Source of the DNA: Tubulanus polymorphus
Lineage: Eukaryota > Animalia > Nemertea
Length of the DNA stretch: 64,000 nt
Direction: 5' to 3'
NCBI RefSeq assembly: GCF_964204645.1
Contig: NC_134029.1
Location: 15,432,950 to 15,496,949, forward strand
In this document: positions 51,381 to 64,000 of the stretch, one piece after another
Layout of the letters: each line of letters begins with the position of its first letter
Numbering within the stretch: the stretch's first letter is position 1
Position numbers and translations under genes: made by a program
The notes under the pieces: generated by a model
Told to the model about the DNA's origin: nothing
Database searches by the model: none
What the model saw: the letters and a program-made list of their open reading frames with translations, nothing else

Positions 51381-53016
51381 ATTTTTTTAAAAAGGAAAAT
51401 CTCCCTTTTTATAAGTTGAAAGTCATTTGATGCAATCATAACATTTCATTAATAACATCAAATAAAACCCAAAGGGCCTATAAGTCGTTAAAACCTACTA
51501 CTAAATTTAGTCGCTTTAATATTTTCGCCAACTATGCGCCGCCTATCGTAATAAACAGTTGTTGTTTGCGAGTACGAGTGCGTTACCGTTTTTGAGACGC
51601 CTTTCTGAGTCAATGAAATAAGGGTGGCTCCGAGAACACCCAACTTTGCAGCGCTATCCGCATGGTTATCTGCACTCGGATGCTTACTCAGACGCCATTT
51701 TGTTACCAGACTAGGTTACAAGCCAGGTTAAATGTGATCTCGACATTTCTCTCGAAATTATTATCTTAATCGTTCTACTGTTTGTAATAGCCGAGGTGAC
51801 CAGTTTGTAAAAAGACCTGTAAGTCTCATTATTATTGCCATCCGTAAGAAAACATCCTACGATGGCTGAAACCACGCACGAATATAAAGCATGCCGCAAT
51901 TCGTAAAATGGCCATGTATTGTCCCCCATCCACGATGATTTATGATGAATGAGTGTAGCATACTCTCGCTAGTCGTCGCATGCCAGGATTGATTGCCTTG
52001 TGCCACAGGCACTTGAATATGGGCTTTGACCTTGTTGGCGTGTTAAAAAATCCAAAGTGGCTACCCGTACGGACCCGTATCCGTATTCTCAAGAATTATT
52101 CGTACGTGAATGGTCCGTATCAATAGTCTAGTCTCGTGAATTATTCGTACGTGATTTTCCGTAAGGCGGCGGCACCTCACGTATTGCGATATCCTATAAT
52201 TCGTACGTAGTCCGTACGTACATTTGACGTAGGCCACGGAACTGATAAATCCTAATTGAAAAAGAATATTAAAAAGAATAAAAATGGCTATTTTCTTTAT
52301 CTCCAGTGGTATAATAAACAATTCATATTTCTACAACAATGATGTTTAAAGAATTAGCGCCTTAGACCAACACACGTTTAATATTCGTACGTGATAGTAC
52401 GTACAAGTACATATGCCGTTATTCATACGCAGTACATTTATTTAAAAAATCTTTAAGAAGTACCAACAACGAACATATTATGAATTAAACACTGGATTTA
52501 TATTTCTGCAATGTTTTTGGGATATGGCATAGCCGTTAGGAAAAGGACTGTGGTGTATAACCTACATTTTTACATTGCAACCACTGATTTGTCCAGATAG
52601 GTAAAATCTGAGCATTCAACAATAAAACAACAAAATAAATATTTACAATAAAATATATCTATACCTAGACTAATTGTCAGTCTCTATCAATACAATATAA
52701 CTTTATTGAACTCTTAATAACAAGTAAAGCCGCAATAACAGATCTACGTCGCTTAGGGTATTTGTTAGCATGTATACACTAAACTCATTTTCTTTGCGCT
52801 TATAAAAGACCAGTGATTGCTCTGCGCTAAGGGTATTTGTTGGCATATCTCCAAAAGACGCATTTTCATATAACTGTTGCCTTCCAATTCGACCGTTGAT
52901 GATTTGAAATAATGTCAGAAAACCCGTTATCGCTGCTCCGCAGCTATATTTTCATAATACATTTTGTGAGCATCTTTTGTTTTTTGTTCTCTTCTGATTG
53001 CTCTGTCTGTCCTTCG

Positions 53017-53269
53017 CAGGGGCGGATCTAGGGCTCTCTTGTATAAGCGCGAAACACAGGGTGGAGATCTGGGGGTCATCAGCCCACAAATTCCACAGGC
53101 ACAATTATGAAATTTCCAGTATTTTAGAACCAATTCGAGAGGAAATGTCGTGAGTAGATTATTGCAACAGAACTCTCAAGCCGGAGCACGGCAGTATTCG
53201 GGAAAATATGAAATGGACGTTCGGAGGGCCCCGCTCTCTCGGGTCCCACCGTCCCTAGATCCGTCGATG
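53017..53269. mobile_element. MITE with short imperfect TIRs and a 5-bp TSD
   Basis: CAGGGGCGGATCTAGGG...CCCTAGATCCGTCGATG flanked on both sides by CTTCG. Confidence 0.65.
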
Positions 53270-54735
53270 CTTCGAAAGCTCTTCATTTTGCGGCAGCTGT
53301 TACAATGCAATGTATTATTGCTAATTAATATACAATACAGACGGTACGCGGTAATGATACCAGAGGTAAAAATGCCATAGGTTATAATTGCAGAAGTGAA
53401 AATGCCAGGGGTGTAAAAATGCCAGAGGAAATAATGCCAGAATGGTAAATTGATCCAATATTTATAAGTGACAACTGTATGAACGATTCATCGAATTGTT
53501 GCTTTGATGATATGAATTACAACTCGTCGCAAACTTTTTCATTTTGATTATCATACCTATTATTAGGGTAGTTTCGGGAGTTTTCGCGCACTTAACGAAT
53601 ATTACCTACCTTCTCAGATTGAAAGCACTAACATGTCCAAATCAGCCACTAGGTAGTAGAGTAAACCAATGATTATCATGGTATGTATGATATCAAATAA
53701 TTTCGCAATATAAGAAAAAGGTTATTTGTTGTATAGAAAGAAAAATGCAATTTTATTTTAATCTATACAATTTGAAATGTTAAAAAAAATCTCATCTCAT
53801 GAGCAAATAAATATTTGAACAATTATGAATAGGATAGAGTCATCTACTAAAGCATCATAAACATTTTATGCTCGTTCCCGTTCTGATAAGTTTAATCGCT
53901 TTTGTAACGTCATCCACGGAATATGATCGCCTGTAAGGGCCCCTTGCTTTCCTTTAATTTTCAATTTCAAACTTTAAACTGAAATCGCCACAAAACTACA
54001 TTATTTACTTTACTTGTAGGTCATAGTTATTTAAATGATATCGACCAAATTTAATTTCGCCTCAATCGTGAATAGATATGAAAGACTTCCAACTGAAGAA
54101 AATTAATACATAATTTCAAATTCGTGTGGAAATAGGCTAACAGCAAGAATGTGCTTGTGTTCATGAGATTTTATATGAAGGTGGTTAGTGATTAGATTTA
54201 ATCCCATTACACTGACTTATTCCGGGCAAATCTTGAGATATTTCCGTCTATCTGGAGTATCAAATTGAAACGAACAGTAATTAGCAATTGCACATTCTCA
54301 TTGTACCCAAATAAAGAAACCAAAATCATACAATTTAAAGATTCTTACGAATCATTCCGTTGTACATGTACGAAGCATTTTGTCTGAAAATAAATTCAAG
54401 TATGGCAAAATAATCAATATTCTGATTTTTAATTCTCATTTCCCCTCACCAAGTCCATGTGTTGATCTTCTAAGCTGCCACGTGAAAAGGAAAATATCTT
54501 TCAGGAATAATGATATGTGACGGAGTAAAATGGTTAAAATGATCCACTAAATTTGAAATCCACCAAAATATACAAGTCTTTTGGTGCGTTTATTGCGAGT
54601 ATGTAACATGTATACGAGTAATTGGGAATATTCCCAATTACTTTAATATTCATATATATGAATAACATATAAATGAATAACATTGATAAATGAATAACTT
54701 CTAAAATCAGTTTTAATAAAAACTTTGATATTAAA

Positions 54736-55029
54736 ATGGGGAGTAAACACAGTGAATTCTTAGATAGAATTAAAGATACTACAAGTGTCAAATCTGTAGA
54801 TTATAAATATAAGAAGTTAGCAGAATTAACAATTCATAAGAAATATTTAATTACAAATATTGATACAGTTACTAACAAATATGGAGATAAATTAGTTATT
54901 CACTTAGAATATGAAGGATTAAAAGGAAATAGATATAAATTCAGAACATATTTACCAGATAGATTTCATAGATTATCAAGTGAAGATTTAGAAGAATTAT
55001 GTTCTGGTGATTTCTATTTCATATATAAA
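54736..55029 (+). pseudogene. AT-rich Maverick/Polinton-like accessory ORF, cut off by an LTR insertion
   Basis: KKLAELTIHKKYLITNIDTVTNKYGDKLVIHL...YLPDRF resembles, from memory, small Maverick-associated proteins; composition matches the other virus-like fragments; the tail of the ORF-track call is LTR read-through. Confidence 0.5.
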
Positions 55030-55791
55030 TGTGGTAGCGATACTTTATTAATTTGGCTTAAGTATAGCTTATGCGGAATCGGTTCATCAGGGACAAAGGG
55101 ATCCTCACGCACGACGGAACTTAAGACGGAGCTCGCGACCCGGAGTCCTCTCTGACATCCTTTCCTCAGAGTTGCAGCGTTGATAGCAGCGACCAGTACA
55201 GTCGATTCACCGTCCAGGATAAAGTAAATCCTGAATAAATAAAATATGCGGATTATAAATAATAATACTGTTTATTTATTCAATGACGAATAACACACAT
55301 CCGTAGTACATGGAAGTGTAAAGTGAATTGACTAAAGGCCAATAAATACACACATAATGTATATCCTACCCCATGACAGATCACTATCATTTACACACTT
55401 ATATTTCACAGAACACAGACTAACCAATATTCGCGCCCAAACCCACAACTTCCGGTTAAGCACAATCAAACCTCAGATCAGCTGAGATCGCAATTAATAC
55501 ATCTTAGTGACCCTACAAAAGCAGTGCAAAGGCCGAACAATATTACAACGAATAAAGAGAACGATCGCCACTCACCTGAATAAATAAAAAATAAAATATG
55601 CGGATTATAAATAATAATACTGTTTATTTATTCAATGACGAATTACACACATCCGTAGTACACGGAAGTGTAAAGTGAATTGACCAAAGGTCAATTAAGT
55701 TAATCTAAAAGAGTAACCCACGAGTGGCGCTACTAGCTGGCAATACGAGAACGCGAGCTAAGCCCGAAACGACGATTAACTGCCTGCCACA
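55030..55791 (-). repeat. 3' LTR of a second Ty3/gypsy element
   Basis: TGTGGTAG...CTGCCACA inverted termini; PPT (AGAGGGAGTA on the minus strand) at 55792-55801; internal ~115-bp direct duplication at ~55230 and ~55575. Confidence 0.8.
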
Positions 55792-56027
55792 TACTCCCTC
55801 TAGCCGGAGAATATCGTCCCCGATATCGCTACAACGCAACAAGACCAAATACTACTAAAGGAACGCATATGAGGTTAGCGGAGGATAGTCACAAGATGGC
55901 CGGTTTAATCAATACGCAAAATCCACTGTTTTCGCCTCAGCAGTTTCCACAGAATTATAAAATACCCTATACAACATAATTAAAATTATTGGCACATACA
56001 TTCACTCAGCAAGGTCTCGAACTAATG

Positions 56028-56940
56028 TCAACAAAGACGCAGAAGCAGAACAGGATTATTTGCAACGAAGGGTTCTCGAGCATACTGCATGAATGTGGCA
56101 ACTTTCCGGTCCAACAAAACATTATGTACAACATACTCTCCGGGACACATCCATGCCGGTGGTTGCCGCCTCCTGGGAGCCGGAACTGGAGCTACGGGCT
56201 CCAATTGTGGTGACGCAAGTGTACTCTCCCCAGATACGGCTGTAGTTTCCTCAGCAACATCACCAGAATCTTCAACCGGTAGGGACTCATCTGCATTCTC
56301 ATTCCCCACGGAAATCTCAACAAGCTCATCGGCATCCGCAGCAGACTCGTCCTGCTCAGCAACATCCTCACACACAATTCCAAGACCTTGGTCCAATTCA
56401 GGGACGATTTCTACATCCTGATCATACAGAACCGGTGTCTTAACCTCCATCGATTGTGGAAATACTTCGCTTCCTGGTACGCGGGAGACAAGAATCCAAT
56501 CCTCATCCTCAGAGTCACACTCTACGGTGCTCCCTAACCCATGGTCAACCGGCACATCGTCCTGTACAGCGGTCTCCTTCCTAAGTGATCCGGGTTTAGG
56601 ACTAATCGTGACTTTAGGACAAGTCGTCTCATTGTGTTCACCGCGCAAAGGAGCAGCTAGTGGGAGTAATTTATCTCTATGGGCTGTCTTTCTACCGCCA
56701 CCACGCTCCACCGTGAACACCGGGATGTCAGTAGAAACCTGCTTACTGACGATGTAGGGTTCGGATTCCCAACGATCTGCCAGTTTATGGCGCTCCTTGA
56801 ACCCCTCCTTTTTCACTAGAACGACATCACCTAACTGCAGATCCGCACCTCTCGACTTGCGATCATAAATTTCCTTTCGCTTCACCCCTTTCTGTCTTAA
56901 ACGATCAGCGGCCATCTTCCACGCAGTATCCAACTGTTCC
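56028..56940 (-). pseudogene. Ty3/gypsy pol 3' end (integrase C-terminal region and acidic tail)
   Basis: K.IYDRK...LQLGDVVLV...HKLADRWESEPYIV...IPVF.V...HRDKLLP. Confidence 0.8.
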
Positions 56941-57270
56941 TGTGGAGAATTATTGTCTGTGTTAATTGTACTTTGTATTCATATTTCTTTTGGTTGAATT
57001 TAACAGTTCATCTGACATTTTCATCAAAGACTGAAATAATAATTGAAGTGGTTGTATTCATTTGCATATTTAATGATATTAATTAGCTACATTTGGGTTT
57101 GTGAATTTAAGTACATTTGATATTGATTGAAGTTAAGAAGTAGGTAAATTTGAGTAAATTCACTTAGGTCTCAAATACTCTATTCTCCATTGGTTTGGAA
57201 TTATTACTCAATTTAGAGGTTCATACCAGTAGTAGTACACTGTATAATAGTTTTTCAATTAAATTTCAAA

Positions 57271-60200
57271 ATGGCGGCTCTTTTTGATTTGTTAGAACAA
57301 AGACGCAAACAGCTTACAAAATTCACTAAAGCTTCCAAGCAGGTCTCTCGACATGTTGAAAAGGCTGAAGAAGTTTTGAGTGATGAAGTGTCTGACTATG
57401 ACGGTATGAGGTTTGCATTAAGAACAGCTGCAAATAGTCTGATTGATCTAGAAAAGCTACATGAAGCCCTATCGGAAGTTCAAGAGTCGATAGACTATCA
57501 TAATGAGAATGACAATCGACTTGAAGGAATGAGCTCTGATCAGAGAGATCAAGAAGAGGAGAACGAAGCTAAGTACATTGATGAGTATATTACACTCAAA
57601 TCACGAGTTGAGTGTCTGGAGATTAAATTACAACAACCGCCTAGAGACTTAGTTCCAGATAATGTCAGCAATCCAGGTAGTGCTGCTGGAGGTGGAATTA
57701 CAGAAGAACAACTCACCAGACTTTTTACAACAATTGCAATAAAGAAGCGAGAAGTGACTATTCCGCAATTCAAGGGAGATATTTCCATGTTTGAAACTTG
57801 GCTCGAGTTAGTTAGTGAAGAAGTGACGAAGCCCGGTTATACTCCAGTCGAGAAAACACACTGTATTCTTTCTCTTCTGGATGGAGAACCCAGAAAGTTG
57901 GCGCTTGCTTTGAAGAGTCCTACATTTGATGACGTGGTAGCAGCACTAGAATCTAAATATGGTGATGTCACAGCCAGGATTCAAATGGTAATCCAAGACA
58001 TAGCTTGTGTCCCAGCTGCACACAACCCGTCGGTAAAAGAACTAGATCAGCTCTATACATCGCTGCTGTCATCGTGGAACTATCTTATCCGAAAAACTGA
58101 GGATCCAACTAGTCTTCAGAACAGTAGCTGGATTTTGACATCCTTAGTGAGACCAAAGATTCCTAAGTCTCTTATAAGACGTTGGGATGCTGAAACACTG
58201 AAGAGGCAGCATGGTCATAAGATGCCAATGAAGTTCGAGGATCTTTTGGAAAAGCTCAAAGAAGCTTTGCAGGTCGCTAGAAGGTCTGATTCTGGAAAAC
58301 CCGATGCAGTTCCTGTTCAATCGGGTGGAGCCAAACCAAAGCCCTTTAGGCCTTCTGGGCAGGCCCTGCGACTTGGAGCAAAGGAGATGTCTGTATTCAA
58401 GTGTGTGTTCTGTGGTGACCCAAGCCACAAGGCACCTAATTGTACAAAAGTACACAAGATGCCAATTCCGGATCGCTTAAAGAAAGTCCAGCTTTCTAGA
58501 TATTGTTTCAAGTGTTTATTGGGGAAACATTTCTGTAGTAGCTGTCGGAGCCCAGGATGTTCAATGTGTCAAGGTTCACACCATGACTTACTACACGCTA
58601 CCAAAGTGAGAAAACCAATCAAGCCAACTGGTGGCGAGAATGGAGCTCCTATCAAACTGCCGAAGACTGAGACAGAAAACGTCTAAGCTGGAAGTAGCTT
58701 GGTAAAAGATTTGAAGCAGCCTAAACAAGTATTGCAAACAGGAATTGTGACTTTGGAGTCACGGTCAGCCATCGCTGAAGGTCGTGTACTGTTTGATACT
58801 GGTAGCAGTGTGAATTTCATCAGCAAATCAATGTCTAGAAAATTGGGACTCCGTGGTGTAAAGGCGAAGGGAGAATTCACACTAGCAGGTGGAGGTGCCA
58901 TGACCGTTAATACTGAAAAGGTGTTGTTCTCTCTAAGAAGTGCGATTCCTGACTGGCGTGGTGAAGAATTTGAAATTGAAGCATACGTTTTTGAGAAACC
59001 GAGTGCCGATTTAAGTCCCGCCTTTATAGAAGTTAACAAGCTGTCACATCTAAATAATCTGAAGTTGGCTGAGAAGTATCCTCGTACTGAAGAGTGTGAA
59101 GTCGATGTCATGCTAGGTGTCGAAGCTTGCAGTGATATATTATTAGATGAATATAGACGAGGTGGACAAGGCACTCCTGTAGCTCAGAGTTCTCATATTG
59201 GATGGGTGCTGTTTGGTTCTTATATCAGTCAACATAAGGCTTCATCCAAGAATGGTAGTAATTCTGTTATGATGTGTAACTCAGTGAAAGATGATGATGA
59301 AGATCTCTCCAGAACAGTATTGAAATTCTGGGAATTGGATTCCCTTGGTATTCTGCCTGAAAAGGAAGTGTCGAAAAAGAGTCCTTTTGACAAAGAAGCA
59401 GAAAGACAATATTTCGAAAAGACTAACTTTCATGAAGGTAGATACGAAACTGGTCTCCTGAAGCATCCTGATTTTATCAACGTGAAACTAAAGTCTAACT
59501 ATAATAAGGCATTTCACCGTTTAGAATCTCTCGAAAGAAGGTTCAAGAGAGATGAAACACTTTCTTTTCAATACAAGGCACAGATAAGGGAACTGATTGA
59601 TTCAGGCCTAGCTGAAGAGGTGGTTGAAGATTCAGAACCTGATGATCGAATGGTGTGGTATTTGCCCCATCATCCGGTCTTCAAGGACAGCACCACAACA
59701 AAGATTCGTATCGTTTTTGATGGCGCAGCAAAGGGTCCTGATGGAAGGTCATTAAATGACACCTTGTTGTGCGGCCCTTCCTTACAACCTGATACACTTG
59801 CTGTATTACTTCGGTTTCGACGGCACATGGTTTCTTTGGTTGCGGATGTTGAAAAAATGTTTCACATGATATCGATGAATGAAGTGGATAGAGATTCCCA
59901 AAGATTCTTATGGCGAGAGTCAGACGACCAAAAGGTAAAGATCTACAGAATGAACAGAGTGGTATTCGGATTGAAGTGTTCTCCATATACATGTATTAAA
60001 ACCATACTCGAACACGTGAAATCAAATAAAGATGACCCTGCTGCCTGTCAACAGCTCGAAGAAAACCTTTTTGTTGATGATGTTCTTTCTGGAGAAACAA
60101 ACTCGAATGGTGTTTCAAAGTTAGCGAATGACATGAAGTTCGTTTTAGAAAAGGGCGGATTTCCTCTGAGGAAGTTTTTGTCAAGTCACCCGGAAAGTTT

Positions 60201-62637
60201 GAGTGGTCTCGACTGCGAAGACCTGGCCGAGTACCATATGGATCTATCGGATGGAGAAGTCGTTACAAAGAAATTGGGAATAATGTATATACCCAAGGAA
60301 GACGTATTTCAATTTAAGTATCATCCTCGAGAAACTGAAGTAATCACTAGAAGAATTGTTCTTAGTGAATTGCAGCGCTAGTTCGACCCGATGGGCCTGT
60401 TGTCACCGCTCATTTTGAAAGCCAAGTTGGTATTTCAAAGAGCTTGGAGTGACGTCGACTCATGGGATGATGAACTATCAGAAGAGCTTGTCGCAGAATG
60501 GGAGAAATGGAAAAATGGAGTTTCAGCAATTGACAAGCTAAACATCCCGAGGTGCTATTTGACAGATGAAATTCAGGATCTCAAGTACAGCTTACATGGA
60601 TTTGGAGATGCTAGTGAGGCAGCATACGGTGCTGTAGTGTACTTGCGGATTGAAGATGGTACTGGAGTTCGTTGTGTATTACTAGCCTCGAAAACTCGTG
60701 TGGCGCCGTTAAAACACAGAAGAACTCTTCCAGAATTAGAATTGATGGCTAGCCTTCTTGTTGCTAGGCTCATAAGATACGCAGAGAAAGTAATCAACTT
60801 GTCAGTTTTCTCAGTACATTGTTGGACTGATTCCCGTGTTGCACTAGATTGGTTATCGCAGCCAGCACATGTATGGCAAGTCTTTGTCGCCAACAGAGTT
60901 GATGAAATTCAAAAGCTCGTTCTGACATGTCATTGGAGACATCTGCCAGGAAAACTTAACCCGGCTGACCTCTGTTCCCGAGGTTGCCATGGGGATCAAC
61001 TGGTTGAGTCAAATTTATGGTGGCAGGGGCCTAAATTCCTGAGAAGTGACGAGAGTCAATGGCCTGTAAAAGGTGTCGATAAGACTGTTGAAGCAAAGAA
61101 ATACTTGAAGAAAAAATTTCAAGTAGTAGTCAACCTAGTTCAAGGTGAAGAAGACACCACCAGTAGTTTTCATCTGAATCTGTTAAGCCGATACAGCTCA
61201 TGGGGTAAGCTTATAGCTGTGTCAACATTACTCAGAAAATGTTTTAAAGGGGTTTCCCGGAATGAGGGGAGCATGCATCCTCTAGTTCTTATGGAGCAAA
61301 GAGAAGAAGAGTTGTATTGGGTGCAGTGGGCACAGTATCAATCGTATCGTACTGAAATCAACTGTTTGAAGGCAGGAAGACCATTACCCAAAGACAGTAA
61401 GTTGAAACAACTTGACCCCATTTGGGATGCTAAAAGCATGGTCTTACGTGTCGGCGGTCGTCTGTATCACGCTAAAGTATCGAGATTCAAGAAGAATCCC
61501 ATGATCCTACCACCAAAATGTTTGGTATCTGATCTGTTGGTGAAGTATTATCATCGCATCAACGGACATCCTGGTAACGAGCAAACGCTAGCTAGTTTGC
61601 GAGACAAATACTGGCTTGTACATGGCAGAAATGAAGTAAAGAGAATTCTGTTTCATTGCAAGTGTAAAGAACCAAAGCAGTTAACTCAGAAGATGGGCGA
61701 GCTACCTCCTGAAAGGGTTGTTATGGCACCAGCTTTCAGCAGCGTTGGCGTAGACTTCGCTGGACCTCTATTTATTAAAGAAAATGGGTCTGAAATTAAG
61801 TCATTCATTGCACTGTTTACATGTATGATTACCAGAGGAATTCATTTAGAGTTAACTTTCAATATGAATGCTGAAGATTTCCTGGTGTCTTTTCGACGAA
61901 TGATAAATAGAAGAGGGAAACCAGCAATTATGTATTCAGATAACGCAAAGACTTTTAAGAAATCAGCCAAGGTGATGATTAGACTGTATGACCAGAAGAA
62001 ATGGAGAGACACTGTAGTCAACAAATTGAAAGCTGAAGGAATTGAATGGCAATTCATTACCGAGAGAGGACCTTGGAAGGGTGGTTTTTACGAAAGACTG
62101 GTGAGAAGTGTGAAGACTGCTCTGAAAGTTGTACTTGGAAAAGCCAAACTGACTTTTACGGAACTTTCGACAATTCTCACTGACATCGAGTCTCAGATCA
62201 ACTCGAGACCACTTACAGTAGTCTCTAATGATAAGAATGACCCTGAACCATTGTCTCCTGGCGATTTTATGATTGGAAGAAAACCACAGTTTCTTCCAGA
62301 TGTCGATTCTGATACGTCAAAGGCCAATTTTGGCAAGCGTTGGTGTTACCAACAGCGATTGGCTAAACAGTATTGGAAAAGGTGGACGAGAGAATATCTC
62401 GTGGAATTATTACCTCTTAAGAAGTGGTTTGAGAAGAAAGAAAATGTAAGAATCGGTGACGTAGTTCTCGTATCTGAAGATGGTGTCAAACGACAGAATT
62501 GGCAGATGGGAAGAATTCATGAAACCCACATGGGTCGTGATGGTCTTGTTAGAAGTGTTACCCTGAAGACGGCAAGGGGTTTCATCCGACGTCCCTTACA
62601 GAGACTATACTTACTTGAGGCTAGTGAGGCTGCGTAG
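57271..62637 (+). pseudogene. BEL/Pao gag-pol polyprotein with two in-frame stops
   Basis: Three zinc knuckles (CVFC..H...C, CFKC..H...C, CSMC..HH.LLH), LFDTGS protease, YLPHHPV, RIVFDG, FVDD, FGDASEAAYG, WTDS, GVDFAGP, YSDNA, GGFYERLV; TAA 58684-58686 and TAG 60379-60381, all three ORFs in one frame. Confidence 0.93.
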
Positions 62638-62814
62638 CTGTATGCTTCTACATACACGTTAAATTGTTTTAGCATTTAACTATTCTACAGTGTACGAAGT
62701 AATTTTAATAATTGATCGTATTTCTTAGGTAGTATCATAACATTCAGTACAATTATGTATATCTTTTTTAGAAGTTTATGTGTGAAAATTAAACCCTTAA
62801 TTTCCAGAGGGAAG

Positions 62815-62953
62815 TGTTCCGAACTAAGATATTGTTTTGTTTCCATAGAGTGGTGCCCTCTGTGTGTAGAAAATAAGTTTGGTTCTGGCGGACATTACGC
62901 CGTAATAAAGTTATGATCCACAAAATAACGATTTCATTGTTATTACAGCTACA
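62815..62953 (+). repeat. Probable short 3' LTR of the BEL/Pao element
   Basis: Begins TGTT right after the PPT; AATAAA at 62904; right end (..ACA) uncertain. Confidence 0.5.
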
Positions 62954-62994
62954 AAAGGCTTGTTTTATTCGGCGATGAATTTAATTGAGAACAC

Positions 62995-63170
62995 AAACCC
63001 TGTAGCGGGCTGTTTGATGTTTCGGGATGTTACAAATTACAAATTCAAGTCATGTGTCAACAATGACATGATACAACGTTTTCGGTATTCAAACCCTTTA
63101 GCGGGCTGTTTGATGTTGCGGGATGTAAAGAAATTACAAATTCAAGTCATCTGTCAACAATAACACGATC
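62995..63170. repeat. Two-copy ~97-bp tandem duplication
   Basis: AAACCCT.TAGCGGGCTGTTTGATGTT.CGGGATGT...AAATTACAAATTCAAGTCAT.TGTCAACAAT occurs twice. Confidence 0.75.
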
Positions 63171-64000
63171 ACCTGCTCGGACGAGTCTGCCTGCACCTGT
63201 TAAAGTACGGAACCATTTTCCAGTTACTAGCATCACAGTCGGTACTAAATTTGCAAGCACCAGTCTCGAAATCAGGGAGGGCTAAAACAGGAGGGCTCGT
63301 GATTGCTATCTTTATGGCGTCAAATGCTCGCTGCTGCTCTACTCCCCACACAAAAACATAGCCCTTTTTAGTAAGCTGGTGCACATTTGGGCATACCCGT
63401 CAATTAACTTCGAATAATAGGTCACTAACCCCGTGCGGACCTCTGAAACCGTGGTCGGAACAGGCCAGTTCACACTTTTCTCAACTTTGGACGGGTCAGC
63501 CTCCATACCATTTTCACTAACAATATGGCCCAAAAACTTCAACCGTCCCCGAAGTAGATGATATTTTCTCGGTTTCAGTTAAGGTTTCCAGATCGGAAAC
63601 CTGAGAACACCTCAGTGAGTTTACCGATGTGTGACTCAACATCAGCTGAGTGAACAATCACATCATCGATATATATTAACGCTTTCCACGAAACCTTATT
63701 CAGCGCCAAAGTCATAACTCGGGAAAACAGGCAGGAGAATTAGTTAGGCCAAACGCTATGACGTTCCACTCCCACAACCGATTATCCGTGCAGAATGCTG
63801 TCTATGGTTTATCCCTCTGCTGTAAAGGCACACGATGGTACCCACTTGTGAGGTCAAGATAGGAGAATCATGACGACCCCGACAGAGCTTCAAGAGTGGA
63901 GTCAGTTCGTCCCAGCGGATGGCTGTCCTTTATTGTAGCATCGTTTAACTTCCGATAATAACAACACAGCCTAAAGCTACAATAAAGCTACCATCGGACT
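63169..64000 (-). pseudogene. Decayed Ty3/gypsy RT-RNase H fragment, runs off the right edge
   Basis: LDLTSGY, FGLTNSPA, IYIDDVIV, KFLGHIVS..G...DP.KV, TSPPVLALPD, TDCDAS; many disruptions. Confidence 0.88.

Larger units (their letters stand above)
56941..62953 (+). mobile_element. BEL/Pao LTR retrotransposon, 5' LTR missing
   Basis: gag-pol 57271-62637; PPT (AGAGGGAAG) before TGTTCC at 62815; no matching LTR upstream. Confidence 0.9.

Noticed and set aside
39735-62057. Short ORFs antisense to or overlapping retroelement pol genes
   Set aside because: Shadow ORFs with no recognisable motifs.

Overview
Eukaryotic (invertebrate animal, probably deuterostome) genomic DNA lying inside one large + strand fibrillin gene. 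Nine GT-AG exons (22893-50517, 1110 bp, all phase 1) encode six cbEGF domains, a split TB/8-cysteine domain and one more cbEGF, collinear with cbEGF17-22/TB4/cbEGF23 of vertebrate FBN1. The rest is intron filled with repeats. Bases 1-21.5 kb are a macro-tandem array built from a palindromic 31-bp satellite, a Helentron-type non-autonomous element whose 154-bp core repeats each carry a CTCF-like motif, a second interspersed repeat with a reiterated terminal hairpin, and a CR1-like RT relic. Later introns contain a decayed LINE, a complete Gmr1-like (PR-IN-RT-RH) Ty3/gypsy element with identical-looking LTRs and a 5-bp TSD, a BEL/Pao element, gypsy fragments, MITEs, and several very AT-rich virus-like fragments (Polinton/Maverick-type pPolB halves, an HNH endonuclease, an accessory ORF). 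The most unusual item is a broken gene of roughly 750 codons next to the pPolB fragment. It has Rep_trans/phage-CRI-like rolling-circle initiator motifs, an upstream hairpin, and a 3' part that is inverted. All family assignments come from motif recognition by eye; no searches were run.
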